From an uncultured Chloroflexia bacterium (GTDB lineage Bacteria; Chloroflexota; Anaerolineae; Anaerolineales; UBA11858): a stretch of DNA of 64,000 bases. Below, in pieces: positions 1 to 10,701 of this stretch. Position 1 is the first letter of the stretch. Each line of letters begins with the position of its first letter. Under the pieces are notes generated by a model, which saw only the letters and a list, made by a program, of their open reading frames with translations, was not told the DNA's origin and searched no databases. A program made the position numbers and the translations under genes. The stretch spans positions 3,329 to 67,328 of the forward strand of contig CAVOGS010000009.1 in the NCBI GenBank assembly GCA_963695575.1. The letters run 5' to 3'.

Positions 1-1
1 G

Positions 2-1570
2 ATATCTGCCTGGCCGATCAAGAAAGCATTGAGTTGGATCAACCAATTAAATAACCAGGACTCGCCTCTAACAGAACGCCAGAAAACTATCGCTGACAGG
101 ATCCTGCGCGAATTGATAGAACGCCTGGGTTTCCTGGTGAATGTAGGATTGGATTATTTGTCTCTCAATCGGAATGCAGGAACTCTTTCCGGTGGGGAAG
201 CCCAGCGCATCCGTCTGGCAACCCAGATCGGATCCCACCTGATGGGTGTGTTATATGTGCTTGATGAACCGTCCATCGGCTTGCATCCCCGTGACAACGG
301 CCGGCTTCTCCGGACGCTGGAAGGACTGCGAGACTTGGGCAATACGGTCATGGTAGTGGAACATGATGCAGAAACCATTCAAACCGCTGACTGGATCCTG
401 GACCTTGGTCCCGGGGCCGGTGAACTCGGCGGCGAAGTAGTTGTAGCGGGAACCATCAAAGAGATCCTGGAACATCCAACATCACTAACCGGCGCTTACC
501 TATCCGGCCGGCTGCAGGTACCTGTCCCGGATAAACGAAGGGAAGGATCGGGAAAATCCATTCAGATCTTAGGGGCCCGAGAACATAATCTCAAAGATAT
601 CGATGTTTCAATCCCGCTGGGCAGACTGGTTTGTATAACCGGGGTTTCTGGCTCTGGTAAGTCCACCCTGATGATTGAGATACTCTATAAAGCGCTGGCG
701 CGGGAGTTGAATCGAGCCAAGACCAAACCGGGCGACCATGATGCCATCAAGGGTATTGAGAATGTCGACAAGATCGTCAACATTGACCAATCCCCAATCG
801 GGAGGACTCCAAGATCAAATCCTGGCACTTATACCAAGTTATTTGACCATATCCGCGACCTTTTTGCGGATTTGCCTGAGAGTAAGATCCGTGGATATGA
901 TAAAGGCCGTTTTTCTTTCAACGTTAAAGGAGGCCGCTGTGAGGCCTGCCGGGGTCATGGCCAGTTGGAGATAGAAATGCAGTTCCTGCCAGATATTTAC
1001 GTTCCCTGTGATGTTTGCCATGGAAAACGCTACAACCGGGAGACTCTCCAGGTGCGATATAAAGGGGAATACAACATAGCTGATGTGCTGGATATGACCA
1101 TAGACAAGGCCGTGGTAATCTTTGAGGCCTTCCCGGCTATGATGAGCAAATTGAAAACGCTTCAGGATGTGGGGTTGGGTTATATACGCATCGGCCAGGC
1201 TTCAACAACGCTCTCCGGAGGAGAAGCCCAACGCATCAAACTATCCCGTGAATTATCCAAACGCTCCACAGGATCCACTTTGTACGTGCTGGACGAGCCA
1301 TCAGTCGGTTTACACGCGGCTGATGTGCATAAACTGATTGAAGTCTTGCAGCGCCTGGTGGATGAGGGCAATACAGTCTTGATCATTGAACACAACTTGG
1401 ATATTATCAAAGTCGCTGACTACATCATTGACCTGGGACCGGAAGGTGGGGATGCGGGTGGCGAAGTGATCGCTGCCGGCCTGCCCAGCGAAATTTGCAG
1501 TACACCCCAATCCTATACTGGCGAATATCTGAAATCGTATATCAAAGCGAATCATAAAAAGAAAAAATAA
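2..1570 (+). CDS. uvrA: Excinuclease ABC subunit A (UvrA), C-terminal ~520 aa; the 5' end lies outside the window
   Basis: The frame is open from the window edge to TAA at 1568-1570. It has two ABC signatures ([24 protein letters not shown]), Walker [10 protein letters not shown] and a Zn-finger [16 protein letters not shown]. Confidence 0.95.
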   Translation: MSAWPIKKALSWINQLNNQDSPLTERQKTIADRILRELIERLGFLVNVGLDYLSLNRNAGTLSGGEAQRIRLATQIGSHLMGVLYVLDEPSIGLHPRDNGRLLRTLEGLRDLGNTVMVVEHDAETIQTADWILDLGPGAGELGGEVVVAGTIKEILEHPTSLTGAYLSGRLQVPVPDKRREGSGKSIQILGAREHNLKDIDVSIPLGRLVCITGVSGSGKSTLMIEILYKALARELNRAKTKPGDHDAIKGIENVDKIVNIDQSPIGRTPRSNPGTYTKLFDHIRDLFADLPESKIRGYDKGRFSFNVKGGRCEACRGHGQLEIEMQFLPDIYVPCDVCHGKRYNRETLQVRYKGEYNIADVLDMTIDKAVVIFEAFPAMMSKLKTLQDVGLGYIRIGQASTTLSGGEAQRIKLSRELSKRSTGSTLYVLDEPSVGLHAADVHKLIEVLQRLVDEGNTVLIIEHNLDIIKVADYIIDLGPEGGDAGGEVIAAGLPSEICSTPQSYTGEYLKSYIKANHKKKK

Positions 1571-1612
1571 GAAACGGGATCTTTAGATGAACTGAACCCC
1601 GTTTCTTATTTT
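1569..1612. terminator. Bidirectional intrinsic terminator between convergent uvrA and the acetyl-CoA synthetase beta gene
   Basis: A perfect 10-bp stem AAGAAACGGG (1569-1578) / CCCGTTTCTT (1598-1607) is followed by ATTTTC. Confidence 0.7.
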
Positions 1613-1666
1613 CAAATCCAGAAACTTATTTCTGATTAATCTCGAAAATTCTCTCAAACATTACGT

Positions 1667-2302
1667 TTAATCCAGGTGGACACGGACATCGATCGCTGCC
1701 GCACCTTTGCCAGTGGGAAAAATTCGCAGGGGATTGATCTCAATTTCTGCAAACTGGGGAAAATCATCTGCAAGCTGGGCCAGGCGGACCATCACATCCC
1801 GGACAGCGATGATATCGGCAGGTGGAATATTCCGGAAACCTTCAAGTTTGCGACCGGCCCAAGTTTCTTGAAGCATGGAATCAATTTCTAACTCAGTTAA
1901 TGGTGCCAGTCCAAAGGATAGATCCTTTAATCCTTCAACTTCAGTGCCCCCAGAACCGAACATCACGACCGGGCCAAATTGGGGATCCCGAACTACACCA
2001 AGGATCACTTCCTGACCCATAGGGACCATTTTCTGGACATAAACACCTGTGATTTGAGCCTCAGGTAAGGCAGCTTTTGCCTGGTTGGTGATGGTCTGAT
2101 ATCCGCCCCGGACGGATTTTTCATCGGCCAGATTCAAAAGCACACCTTCAACATCGGTTTTGTGGCTGATATCTGGAGAAGCAACTTTTAGAACGACCGG
2201 CATTCCTATTTCCGCTGCCAGGGCAGCGGCTTCTTCCTCGTCCTTTGCCAGGGTCATTTTCGCTGTGGGAATCCCGTAGGCTTCCATGATCCGGGCGATC
2301 AC
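1667..2302 (-). CDS. ADP-forming acetyl-CoA synthetase (acetate--CoA ligase), beta/ATP-grasp subunit
   Basis: This 211-aa ORF has an ATP-grasp-like sequence (GIPTAKMTL..AAEIGMPVVLKVASPDISHKTDVEGV.., C-terminal EINPL). It uses a GTG start, and there is no ATG before the in-frame stop at 2342-2344. It lies directly downstream of the alpha subunit. Confidence 0.8.
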   Translation of the reverse strand: MIARIMEAYGIPTAKMTLAKDEEEAAALAAEIGMPVVLKVASPDISHKTDVEGVLLNLADEKSVRGGYQTITNQAKAALPEAQITGVYVQKMVPMGQEVILGVVRDPQFGPVVMFGSGGTEVEGLKDLSFGLAPLTELEIDSMLQETWAGRKLEGFRNIPPADIIAVRDVMVRLAQLADDFPQFAEIEINPLRIFPTGKGAAAIDVRVHLD

Positions 2303-2390
2303 CGGCGCAGTGAGATGATTGTTTTGATTATTTTCTCTTGATCAGATTTTTGAACCAGATTCTGTCTTGATATCCTTGCGAGTGACAGGT

Positions 2391-3776
2391 TCAGCCGAAG
2401 CATAGTTCTAGCAGACCAACTCTTTGGACCAGAGCAGACAGGGCTGCCGCCGCGCGTTCTGGAAAACGGTATTCAGGTATCCGGGCAGCACGCAGGTGTT
2501 CCACAGCTTCCTGGATCAATCGATCTCCCATGACACATATCACCACCGGCTTTGTGGCCTGGTGAATGATCGGTATCAGGGCTTTTGCCACCGCGCCAGC
2601 AGTAAACATAGGAGGTGTGGGGTAGATCACCATTACACTGTCTGTACCAGGATCTGCCAGAAGTACTTTTAAGCAATCTGCAAATTGGATTGGTCCCGCG
2701 GAAGCGAGCATGTCCACCGGGTTTTGAAGACTGGCAGCAGACGGCAGGATCTCCCGCAGTCCAGAGATGGTCTCAGGGCTGAAATTTGCCATCTTCAAAC
2801 CCCTGGATTCAAGCGCATCGGCAGCGGTTACGCCGGGACCTCCAGCATTAGTCAATACCGCTACTCGATTGCCTGCAGGCATAGGGCACCAGGCCAACGC
2901 CCTGGCCTGGTCGAACATTTCCTCACTGGTTTCAGCTCGCAGCACACCAGCCCGCCGGAATACGGCATTATACGCGCTTTCTTCTCCGGACAGGGCGCCG
3001 GTATGGGAGGCGGCCGCTCTTTGACCGGACTCGAATCTCCCGACTTTGAGAGCTATGATGGGTGTGGTCGGCACAACAGAACGGGCTTCAGCGATGAATC
3101 GGCGTCCTGAACTGATCCCTTCCAGATAGAGAGCGATCACATGGGTATGGCCATCGGCTGCTGTGGGAGCCAGCAAGTCGGTTTCAGTGACATCGGCCTG
3201 ATTTCCGAGGCTGATCAATTTGGAAATACCGTAGCCCTGGCCGCGGGCCCAGTCAATGGCCGCTGCACAAATAGCACCGGAATGGGAAAGAAAAGCTACA
3301 TCACCTGGAATAGGCCCAGGTGGAGGGAGAAAAGTTGTGTCCAGTGGGAGGTGGGTATCCAATAAACCAATACAGTTGGGGCCCAGTAAACGAATGCCTT
3401 CTTCTTCAGCTACCTGAAGCATTTCCTGCTCCAGGGCCAGACCCTCAGCTCCAGTTTCTCTGAACCCCCCTGCTCCGATAATGGCTGCTTTAACCCCCCG
3501 TTTTCCACATTCCCGCAGGGTAGGGATAACGTATTTTGATGGGATCAAAACTGCAGCCAGATCTACAGGATCTGGCACATCCAGTACTGATTGGTAGATG
3601 GGTTTTCCAAGCAGGGAACCGCCTTTTAGATTAACAAAATGGATAGCGCCTTTATAACCGCTTCTATGAAGATTTGTGGCTAGAAGGTAGCCCAGCTTGG
3701 TTGGATCCTGGGAGGCGCCTATAACCACAACGCCTTGAGGATCAAAAAATGGAGTCAATGAGGTTTTATCTGTCAT
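2391..3776 (-). CDS. ADP-forming acetyl-CoA synthetase, alpha subunit (CoA-binding plus succinyl-CoA-synthetase-like domains)
   Basis: This 461-aa ORF has an N-terminal CoA-binding fold (GVVVIGASQDPTKLGY), LGPNCIGL and an FLSHSGA histidine loop. This is the typical NDP-forming acyl-CoA synthetase alpha architecture. Confidence 0.85.
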   Translation of the reverse strand: MTDKTSLTPFFDPQGVVVIGASQDPTKLGYLLATNLHRSGYKGAIHFVNLKGGSLLGKPIYQSVLDVPDPVDLAAVLIPSKYVIPTLRECGKRGVKAAIIGAGGFRETGAEGLALEQEMLQVAEEEGIRLLGPNCIGLLDTHLPLDTTFLPPPGPIPGDVAFLSHSGAICAAAIDWARGQGYGISKLISLGNQADVTETDLLAPTAADGHTHVIALYLEGISSGRRFIAEARSVVPTTPIIALKVGRFESGQRAAASHTGALSGEESAYNAVFRRAGVLRAETSEEMFDQARALAWCPMPAGNRVAVLTNAGGPGVTAADALESRGLKMANFSPETISGLREILPSAASLQNPVDMLASAGPIQFADCLKVLLADPGTDSVMVIYPTPPMFTAGAVAKALIPIIHQATKPVVICVMGDRLIQEAVEHLRAARIPEYRFPERAAAALSALVQRVGLLELCFG

Positions 3777-3861
3777 AGTACAGATTGTAACCTATAGAAT
3801 AACCGTGGATTTACCCCGGAAAGGATCGTGGTTTAAAATTGGAAAGAAGGAATCGGGATGA

Positions 3862-6322
3862 TTATTCAGTGATTGTTTTGCAGAAAACATCCACAATTTC
3901 AGGGTCAAATTGGGTTCCACTGAAACGACGAATTTCTGCCACGGCTTCTTCATGGCTGTGGGCATCGCTGTATATGCGCTTATCCCTGATCGCCGTGTAA
4001 GCATCCACTACAGCGAGGATGCGGGATCCCAGTGGTATTTCTTCCCCCTTCAACCCGTATGGATAACCGGTGCCGTCATGTTTTTCATGGTGAGACCGTA
4101 TGATAGGTGCGACCCGGGACAAGTATTTCACAGGGGCAACAATCTCAGCTCCGGTGACAGGATGTTCTTTCATGATGACCCATTCTTTCTTTGTGAGAGG
4201 TCCTTTTTTGTTCAGGATCTCATCAGGCACTCCAATTTTCCCAATGTCGTGCAGTATTGTCGCCCAGTGCAAAGCCTCAATTTCACCCTTGGGTAGATTC
4301 ATCGCCGAGCCTATCTGGGCGGATAGGTCTGCCATACGCTGGCTGTGGTCTCCGGTATAAGAGTCGCGGGCATCAACAGCATTTGCCAAGGCGATTATCG
4401 TTTCCAGGAAAGTTTCTTCGAGCCGCTCATGCAGGACTGCCCGTTGAATAGAACTTGAGGCATAGTCTGCTATAGCGTTGATCAATCTTAGCTGGGAGGG
4501 TGAAAAAGGAGCTGCCTCACTGCTGTGGAATTCCCCAAGGACGAGGAGACCAATTTTTCTATCAGAGCCAATTAATGGACAAATGCATAAAGTCCTGGCA
4601 AAATTAATGAATATGGCTTGTTTTTCCTCTTCATGCCAGTCTGGATCGTTTATGTCTAATACAACTATTTTTTCATTCGCTAGAATACTTTCATAGATAT
4701 ATTCAGCAGCTATTGGCTCAATAGTTCCGAATTGAAGTGGGTCTGCCAGATTTTTAATTGGATAAATTGCTCGACAATAATAATCTCCGTCATCATTTCT
4801 TATCAATATTCTGGCGTATGTGACTTGAACACTTTCAACAGCATGTTTGGTAACGGAATTTAAAATAGTATCCAAATCATCTGTCCCAACAAGTTGATTG
4901 GATAGATTGTAAAGTGTATCGATTTCTTTTCGCCTGCTCTGTTCAGCAGTATATAGGCGGGCATTTTCAATTGCAACGGCAGTTTGGTTTGCGACTGTTG
5001 AGAGGGTTATTATTTCTTCAGAACTGAATGGCTGTTCAGACCGTTTAGGTCCTAATAGGAATATTCCGACCAGTTGTGATAGGACCTTGATGGGGATGAA
5101 TAATTCTGCTTCCATGGCATCTAAGAGTTGCCTTTCACTCCTCCAAAGAGATTGAAATTGTGGAAGGAGTTCCATATCTTGTCGACTAATGGGATGATTT
5201 TGATTGAAAACCAAAGAACCAGTGGGTGTCCTTGTCTGAATGATTGGTTTCCAAGGTCATCTAATCCGATTTGGGTTGTTAGCTGAAATAACCGTTTATC
5301 CTCTTCCCTGAGGAAAAAAGCAGCTCTCGGAAGATGTAAGGTAGTCCAAATCTCTGCCAAGATCATGTTCGTGATCTTGTGTAGGTTCAATGATGAAGTA
5401 GTCTGACTGCTTAGAGTCTGAAGCATATCTGGGAATTGTATTTTTCTCGGAAGAACAATGCGGTCAATGACTGCCTGGGCTCTAACTCTTAAAGGTTCGG
5501 CCAGCAGAGCGGTAATAATCGCTACAACCAGGGAACTTAAGAAGATCTCCGGTCCGGAACTCAGGCCAAAGATATTAATGAAAAGGGTGATGATCAAGAA
5601 ATAGGCTGTACCGATCAACATAGTAGGAATGGAGTAAAGCAGGCCCTGGCGAATTACGATCCGGATATCCAGCAGCTGGTAGCGTAGGATCGAATAAACA
5701 ATTATTAGGGCAGTTATCACCATACCCGGCAATTTCAAAGGGATATTTTCCAAGGGGAGTGAAATTCACCAGGTTTAACACTGGGATAATGGACAAAGCT
5801 ATGATCAGGTAAAGTAAACGGTTTCTCTGAACCACATCCATGCGTTTTTCGGTAACTCTTGATCAGAAGGTAAAATGCTGAAGATCACGAGAAGAAATCC
5901 TGGGCCAGCGAAAAATTAGAAAACTTCCCAAATTCGGACTCTACAGCACTATCTACAACATCAGCGCTGAGGATTATCAGGTCGGTGAATAAAGTGAGAA
6001 TGATAGTGATCAGACCGATAATAGATCACAGTAATCTGCCAAGGCGGGTTTTTTCTTCAATGACTGTTTGTGTGAAATAGAACAGGCTGATCATCAAACG
6101 GAATCAGCACTGGCAGACAAAAATACGCATCCAGGTCAGCGTATGATTGGTATCAATCAAAACGAAAAAAGCGGCCAACGAGTTAACTGCCATTGCGAGC
6201 AGGAACCAGCGAAAATTCCGCCGGGATGCTGTTTGTGGTCGTGCAGCGAGGACCACAAACAGCAAAACGCCGTAGATGATAAAGGTTATTAACGGTACTA
6301 AAGTGTTGATATTCCAGACCAT
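3862..6322 (-). pseudogene. Disrupted 7TM-sensor/GAF/GAF/HD-GYP signalling protein (at least 3 frameshifts plus stops)
   Basis: Four collinear ORF pieces lie in different frames (6322-6104, 5841-5575, 5753-5121, 5214-3862). They encode N-terminal polytopic membrane segments, a GAF domain that continues across the 5121-5214 overlap, and a C-terminal HD-GYP (HDIGKIGVPD..HHEKHDGTGYPYGL). Region 5842-6103 lacks any long open frame connecting the flanking pieces. Confidence 0.8.
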
Positions 6323-6323
6323 A

Positions 6324-7929
6324 TTAGGATTTGATCTTCTTTTCCTTTATGAGCACTCCCAGCTGTTCTTTAGTGGGATTCATGTGGGGCGGTTTGGTAT
6401 GGGCCAGATCTGCGCCCTGGCTTTGCTGGTACTCCATATAGGCCGCGAAAGCGCCCGGATTGAGCAGGTTCAATTTCAGGGGATCGTAGCCGAGCATCTC
6501 TTTCATGTCTTTGATATCTTTGTTGATATTCGAGAGGCTCTCGCTTACCAGTTTCCTGACTTCCCCTTCATCGAGTTTGTTTGCAGGATCAACTTCTACA
6601 TAGAGATGTAAATATGATTTTTCGTCATCGATGACCTTGCGGGCAATCCATTCGTTATATTCGATCCCCGCTTTTTCCAGAGAGAGCCAGATATCCTTTT
6701 CAGTCAGAAAGGCGAAGTTGGCCAGGTTGATCACATCTGATGCCCGGGCATAATAATTTAACTTGAGGCAGATTGATACCAATCTCTTCATCTTTCATGG
6801 CAATTACTTCAAAAAGATCGCCCGGCCTGTAGCGGGTAAAGATACCTCCGTGGAAGTTTGTGAAGATTAACTCATAGACCCCAAGTTCAAGTTCATCAAA
6901 GAGGATTGTTTTGGGTTGATAATTCGGGATTTTCCTTTTCTTTTTCCTTTCTTCGTCTGTTATGAATTCTAAAAAGTCAAATTCAGGGAAAAAGGTCATC
7001 CCCTTAAGATTCCAGGCCTGGATAGCCACCATGCCACCTTCGGTGAGGCATATCCTTCCAATGGTTTTCGTCCCCAGTATTTCTCGATGATATTCTTGTA
7101 TACCAGAGTGTCTGCTCCGCCAGTCATGATCCCTTTGATTTTCCAGATATCCTTGGGCAGCATGGGCCGTCCCTGGAGTTTGGCTTTGATCAAGCCACCC
7201 AGCATTCTAAAGATGAAGCTGGGATTGAGCATATCTTTGGAAAGTTTAGTACTGCCGCCGCCTTCTTCGAACTGCTGACCGATCCTGACCAGCACACTGG
7301 AGATGCCGTAAAAGACATCCAATACCTTTGACCATGGCTTCTTTAAAACCAGCCTGGACCCTTTCCGCGTATCCCATCTTTTCCCCTTCGTCAAGGGGAG
7401 GAAAAAACGGAAGATCTGCCTGGGCTTCTGCGCCCGGGTGATGATTTCACCAAAATATGGCGGTGGAGCAGTGGTTAATAAGACAGTGTCTTTGTTTTCG
7501 AGGAAGATATCGCCTTTTTTATTCGCGGACGCCAGGATCATGGCAGTGACAACAATTTCACCCAGTCGGTCAAACATCTTTTGAGTGTAAGGCACCCATT
7601 TGAATTTATATTCGCCGCTTCTGCCGGATGTGTGGCCCAGGCAACTGGTTTACGAGGAAGGACATCGTCCCGTTGAATGTCCAGGTAACCGCGATAATCC
7701 TTATAGGTTGTCAGAGGTACCATTCTGCGGAACTCATCTACGGTGGTCGGAATCATATCTCCCATTATCATGCGCCCCATCATGCTGTTTCCGAGTTCAT
7801 CGATCTGCTCCAGGAGCAGGCGTTCCTGGATTTCCATGAATTCATCGATGCTCAGGTCAAGGAAACCGAAGTACTTCGTCCAGATTTCTTTCTTTCGGCC
7901 TTGTTTGAAGCAGTGTCTGATAAGGTCAT
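6324..7929 (-). pseudogene. Disrupted GH3-like (acyl-adenylate-forming amido-synthetase family) protein, at least 4 frameshifts
   Basis: ATG at 7929 has a GGAG Shine-Dalgarno (SD). The pieces 7837-7538, 7595-6996, 7032-6700 and 6791-6324 lie in three frames. The joined product reads ..PVAWAT/TSGRSGEYKFKWVPY.. and ..YRPGDLFEV.., as in bacterial GH3 family proteins. Confidence 0.6.
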
Positions 7930-8073
7930 TATCTTCTCCTGTTAATATGATGATTGTATGGATAAAGGTTCAGGGGCCCATTTGTACTTTGACTTCAGTT
8001 TCTTTATCCTGATTATTTTCAAACCCTGCCTGAGATAGGTCTTTATACCAACCTTCAGGTGTTCTTATATTGC

Positions 8074-8654
8074 TTATGGCAACAGATTCTGCCCAGGCCC
8101 GAGGAGGATTTCTTTGTAAGAGAAAGATAAAAAATGCAAATACTCTGGTGAGACCGCGAATATCTTCGTTTCCCAGAGAGGAGATATGCCTACGTCAATA
8201 AAAGATAATAACCCACCGGGTTTTAGTACCCGCTTCATTTCGGAGAGCATGAGGGGAATATTCATGTGATGAGAAGCCAAACCAGACATCACTACATCAA
8301 ATGACCCGTCACAGAAGGGAAGAGCCATCGCATCACCACAAGTTAGGACTATACGCTTGTTTATCTTCCTTGTATATTTTCTTTTGCCCTGTCTGAGCAT
8401 GGATTCAGTGAGATCCAGACCTGCGATGTGAATACCGAGGAAATCTCGGTTCAGTAATCTTTCTGGGAATGACAGAAGTTCCGGTCGCGATATCAAGGAC
8501 TATTTGATCTTCTTTGAGGAGTTCGTATTACAAGTTCATCTAAAAATCTTTGGTAACTCCAGCCCCAGAATTTATTTAATTCCCAATCAATTGATTCTTC
8601 ATAGTGTGAAGAAAGTTCAATAAATGTTTCTTTGATGGCTTTTTTTTCTTTCAT
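8074..8654 (-). pseudogene. Disrupted class I SAM-dependent methyltransferase (2 frameshifts)
   Basis: The ATG is at 8654. Motif I VLDIATGTS sits in one frame, while ..LGIHIAGLDLTESML..CGDAMALPFCDGSFDVV..LKPGGLL sits in ORF 8496-8074. The frame changes between ~8440 and ~8530. Confidence 0.7.
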
Positions 8655-8746
8655 CTATTCGTTATTATCCAGTTATTTGTCTCGATGAAAAGTTTTAACA
8701 TAGCTCATTATACTCCTATTTATTTATGTGTTTTTCCAATTGATTT

Positions 8747-9514
8747 CTAGATGTAAAATCTATCTTTATCTACTTCTTCCCTTAAGATGCTCAGCTCTTT
8801 TTTGCTGGGCGGGGGATTATCCGTGACCTCATCTGCCACCAGGAGCTCAAAACCGGTATTCTCCAGGACTTGATCAACACTGGTGCCGGGTTGGATCGAG
8901 AGCAGTTTCATGCGTTTGCTCTCATCGTCATATCCAAGGATGCCCAGTGTTGTGACTACTCTGTAAGGGCCGGTGTTCGGGGGTAAGCCCGCTTCCTCTC
9001 TGGCACCGGGACCAGACAGGTATCCCGGCGTGGTGATGAAGTCAACATGCTCTACAAATCGCAGCTTATCATGTTTCATGATCGCGATCGTCCGCCAACA
9101 GTGAGAGCCAACGTCGTTGCCGCCGCCGCTGCCTGGCAGGCGAACCTTGGGGTGATCATGGTCACCGATCACTGTCGAGTTCAGGTTTCCGTAGGGATCG
9201 ATCTGTGCGCCGCCCAGGAAACCGTAATCCACAAATCCGCGCTGGGCTGTTTCAACGACATCGAGGATCCCGGAAGCAGCCAGGGCTTTATGGAAGGTTC
9301 GCCTTTCACCGACAGCGAGCGGAAGTTCCTCCAGTATAGCGCCGGTTCCTCCAAACTCAAAAATGCTAATCAGGTTAGGAGCATGCATTTTTTGTGCCAA
9401 AGCGCCAGCCAGCATAGGAATCCCTGTGCCAATGAAGACTGTGGAATTGTCCTCCATTAACCTGGATGCTGAGCAGATCATCAACTCGTTGGGGTTGTAG
9501 GTAGGTTGAGTCAT
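8747..9514 (-). CDS. CoA-transferase subunit B (glutaconate/3-oxoacid CoA-transferase family)
   Basis: This 255-aa ORF reads ..STVFIGTGIPMLA..LPGSGGGNDVGS... Its start overlaps the stop of the subunit A gene by 4 nt. Confidence 0.8.
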   Translation of the reverse strand: MTQPTYNPNELMICSASRLMEDNSTVFIGTGIPMLAGALAQKMHAPNLISIFEFGGTGAILEELPLAVGERRTFHKALAASGILDVVETAQRGFVDYGFLGGAQIDPYGNLNSTVIGDHDHPKVRLPGSGGGNDVGSHCWRTIAIMKHDKLRFVEHVDFITTPGYLSGPGAREEAGLPPNTGPYRVVTTLGILGYDDESKRMKLLSIQPGTSVDQVLENTGFELLVADEVTDNPPPSKKELSILREEVDKDRFYI

Positions 9515-10491
9515 AGGGAAACCTCCGGCACCATATCCTTAAGTTCCTGCAAGCGCTGCTTGCCGATCAGATCCAGATAGGCCTGGTGATCATTCAGGTC
9601 GTAGATATATTTCTGGAGATAGGATTGAGTTGTTTCAGGGTCCTTGGAAGCCTGCACCCAGGCTTTGATTTGGGGTTCATCCCGTTCATATACATAACAC
9701 ATCTCCCCTGGATGGGACCCGAAGGGGGCTTCGACCACCGCGTCAACAAGGTAGTGAGGGATAATTGTTCGGTCGGGCTGGCGGCGGATCTCTTCTGTGG
9801 GAACGATCCTTTCTGTGCTGATCAGCAATCGTTTGGACGCCCGGGCCATTTCAAAAGCAAAACCACTGATGCCATCAATCTGGCAGTTACCGTATTTATC
9901 TGCCCGGTGGACATGAATCAATCCCACATCAAGGATCAGGGCCGGAAGCAGAGCTATGGGATCACCAGTAAAGGGATCTTCTACAACTTTAGCTGCGCTG
10001 TATTTCAAGGTGTCTGTTCCCAACATAGACCGGGTGGGAATAAACGGAACACCCATCGCGGCGGCCTTGAATCGCCAGGCAATGGCGGCATTGCTCCATT
10101 CCACACAATGTTCTACCCGACCACTTTCCACTTCTCTGCGCAGGCAGTTAGAGATTCCATAAACTTCCATTCCAATATAGGTATGGTCGAGGGCTTTCAC
10201 TAATCCGGCGCCCAGCAGCAGATCCAGTTCATATACTCCCTGTCCAGCTACCCGGAGCTCTTTCTTCCCCTGGCGAATAATCTCATTGACCAGTGACTGA
10301 GGGCAGCGCACGGTACCGTAAAGTTCCGTGCCAATATAGTCGCCGTCATTGATGAATTTGGCAACGGCTTCTTTCTCAGTCATTCGTTTATCTATCAATC
10401 CTCGTGGTTTTCCCCGATTATGCTCCCGGAATGCATTCAGATCGGGAGGCTGCAGCATTACACCTTTGCCAGACGATATCACCTTCATCAA
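9511..10491 (-). CDS. CoA-transferase subunit A (glutaconate CoA-transferase GctA-like)
   Basis: This 326-aa ORF has a family I CoA-transferase alpha-like sequence (..ELRVAGQGVYELDLLLGAG..HVHRADKYGNCQI..). It is translationally coupled to subunit B. Confidence 0.8.
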   Translation of the reverse strand: MMKVISSGKGVMLQPPDLNAFREHNRGKPRGLIDKRMTEKEAVAKFINDGDYIGTELYGTVRCPQSLVNEIIRQGKKELRVAGQGVYELDLLLGAGLVKALDHTYIGMEVYGISNCLRREVESGRVEHCVEWSNAAIAWRFKAAAMGVPFIPTRSMLGTDTLKYSAAKVVEDPFTGDPIALLPALILDVGLIHVHRADKYGNCQIDGISGFAFEMARASKRLLISTERIVPTEEIRRQPDRTIIPHYLVDAVVEAPFGSHPGEMCYVYERDEPQIKAWVQASKDPETTQSYLQKYIYDLNDHQAYLDLIGKQRLQELKDMVPEVSL

Positions 10492-10701
10492 TACCTCCTG
10501 CTTATTTATCCTGAAAAAACATTAAGGCATCTTTTAATCAGATTTGCTGTCAACCTGATCGGAAATGAGGATCTCTGTTGATAGTGAAAAAAATATATTA
10601 AACCAACCAGAGGTGTGATTTATCGATGCAGTTCAGGCGCGGCCAGGAATGACAATCCATTTTCAGTCAAAGCCCAGGCTGTTTTATTGGTGGCGATGAA
10701 T

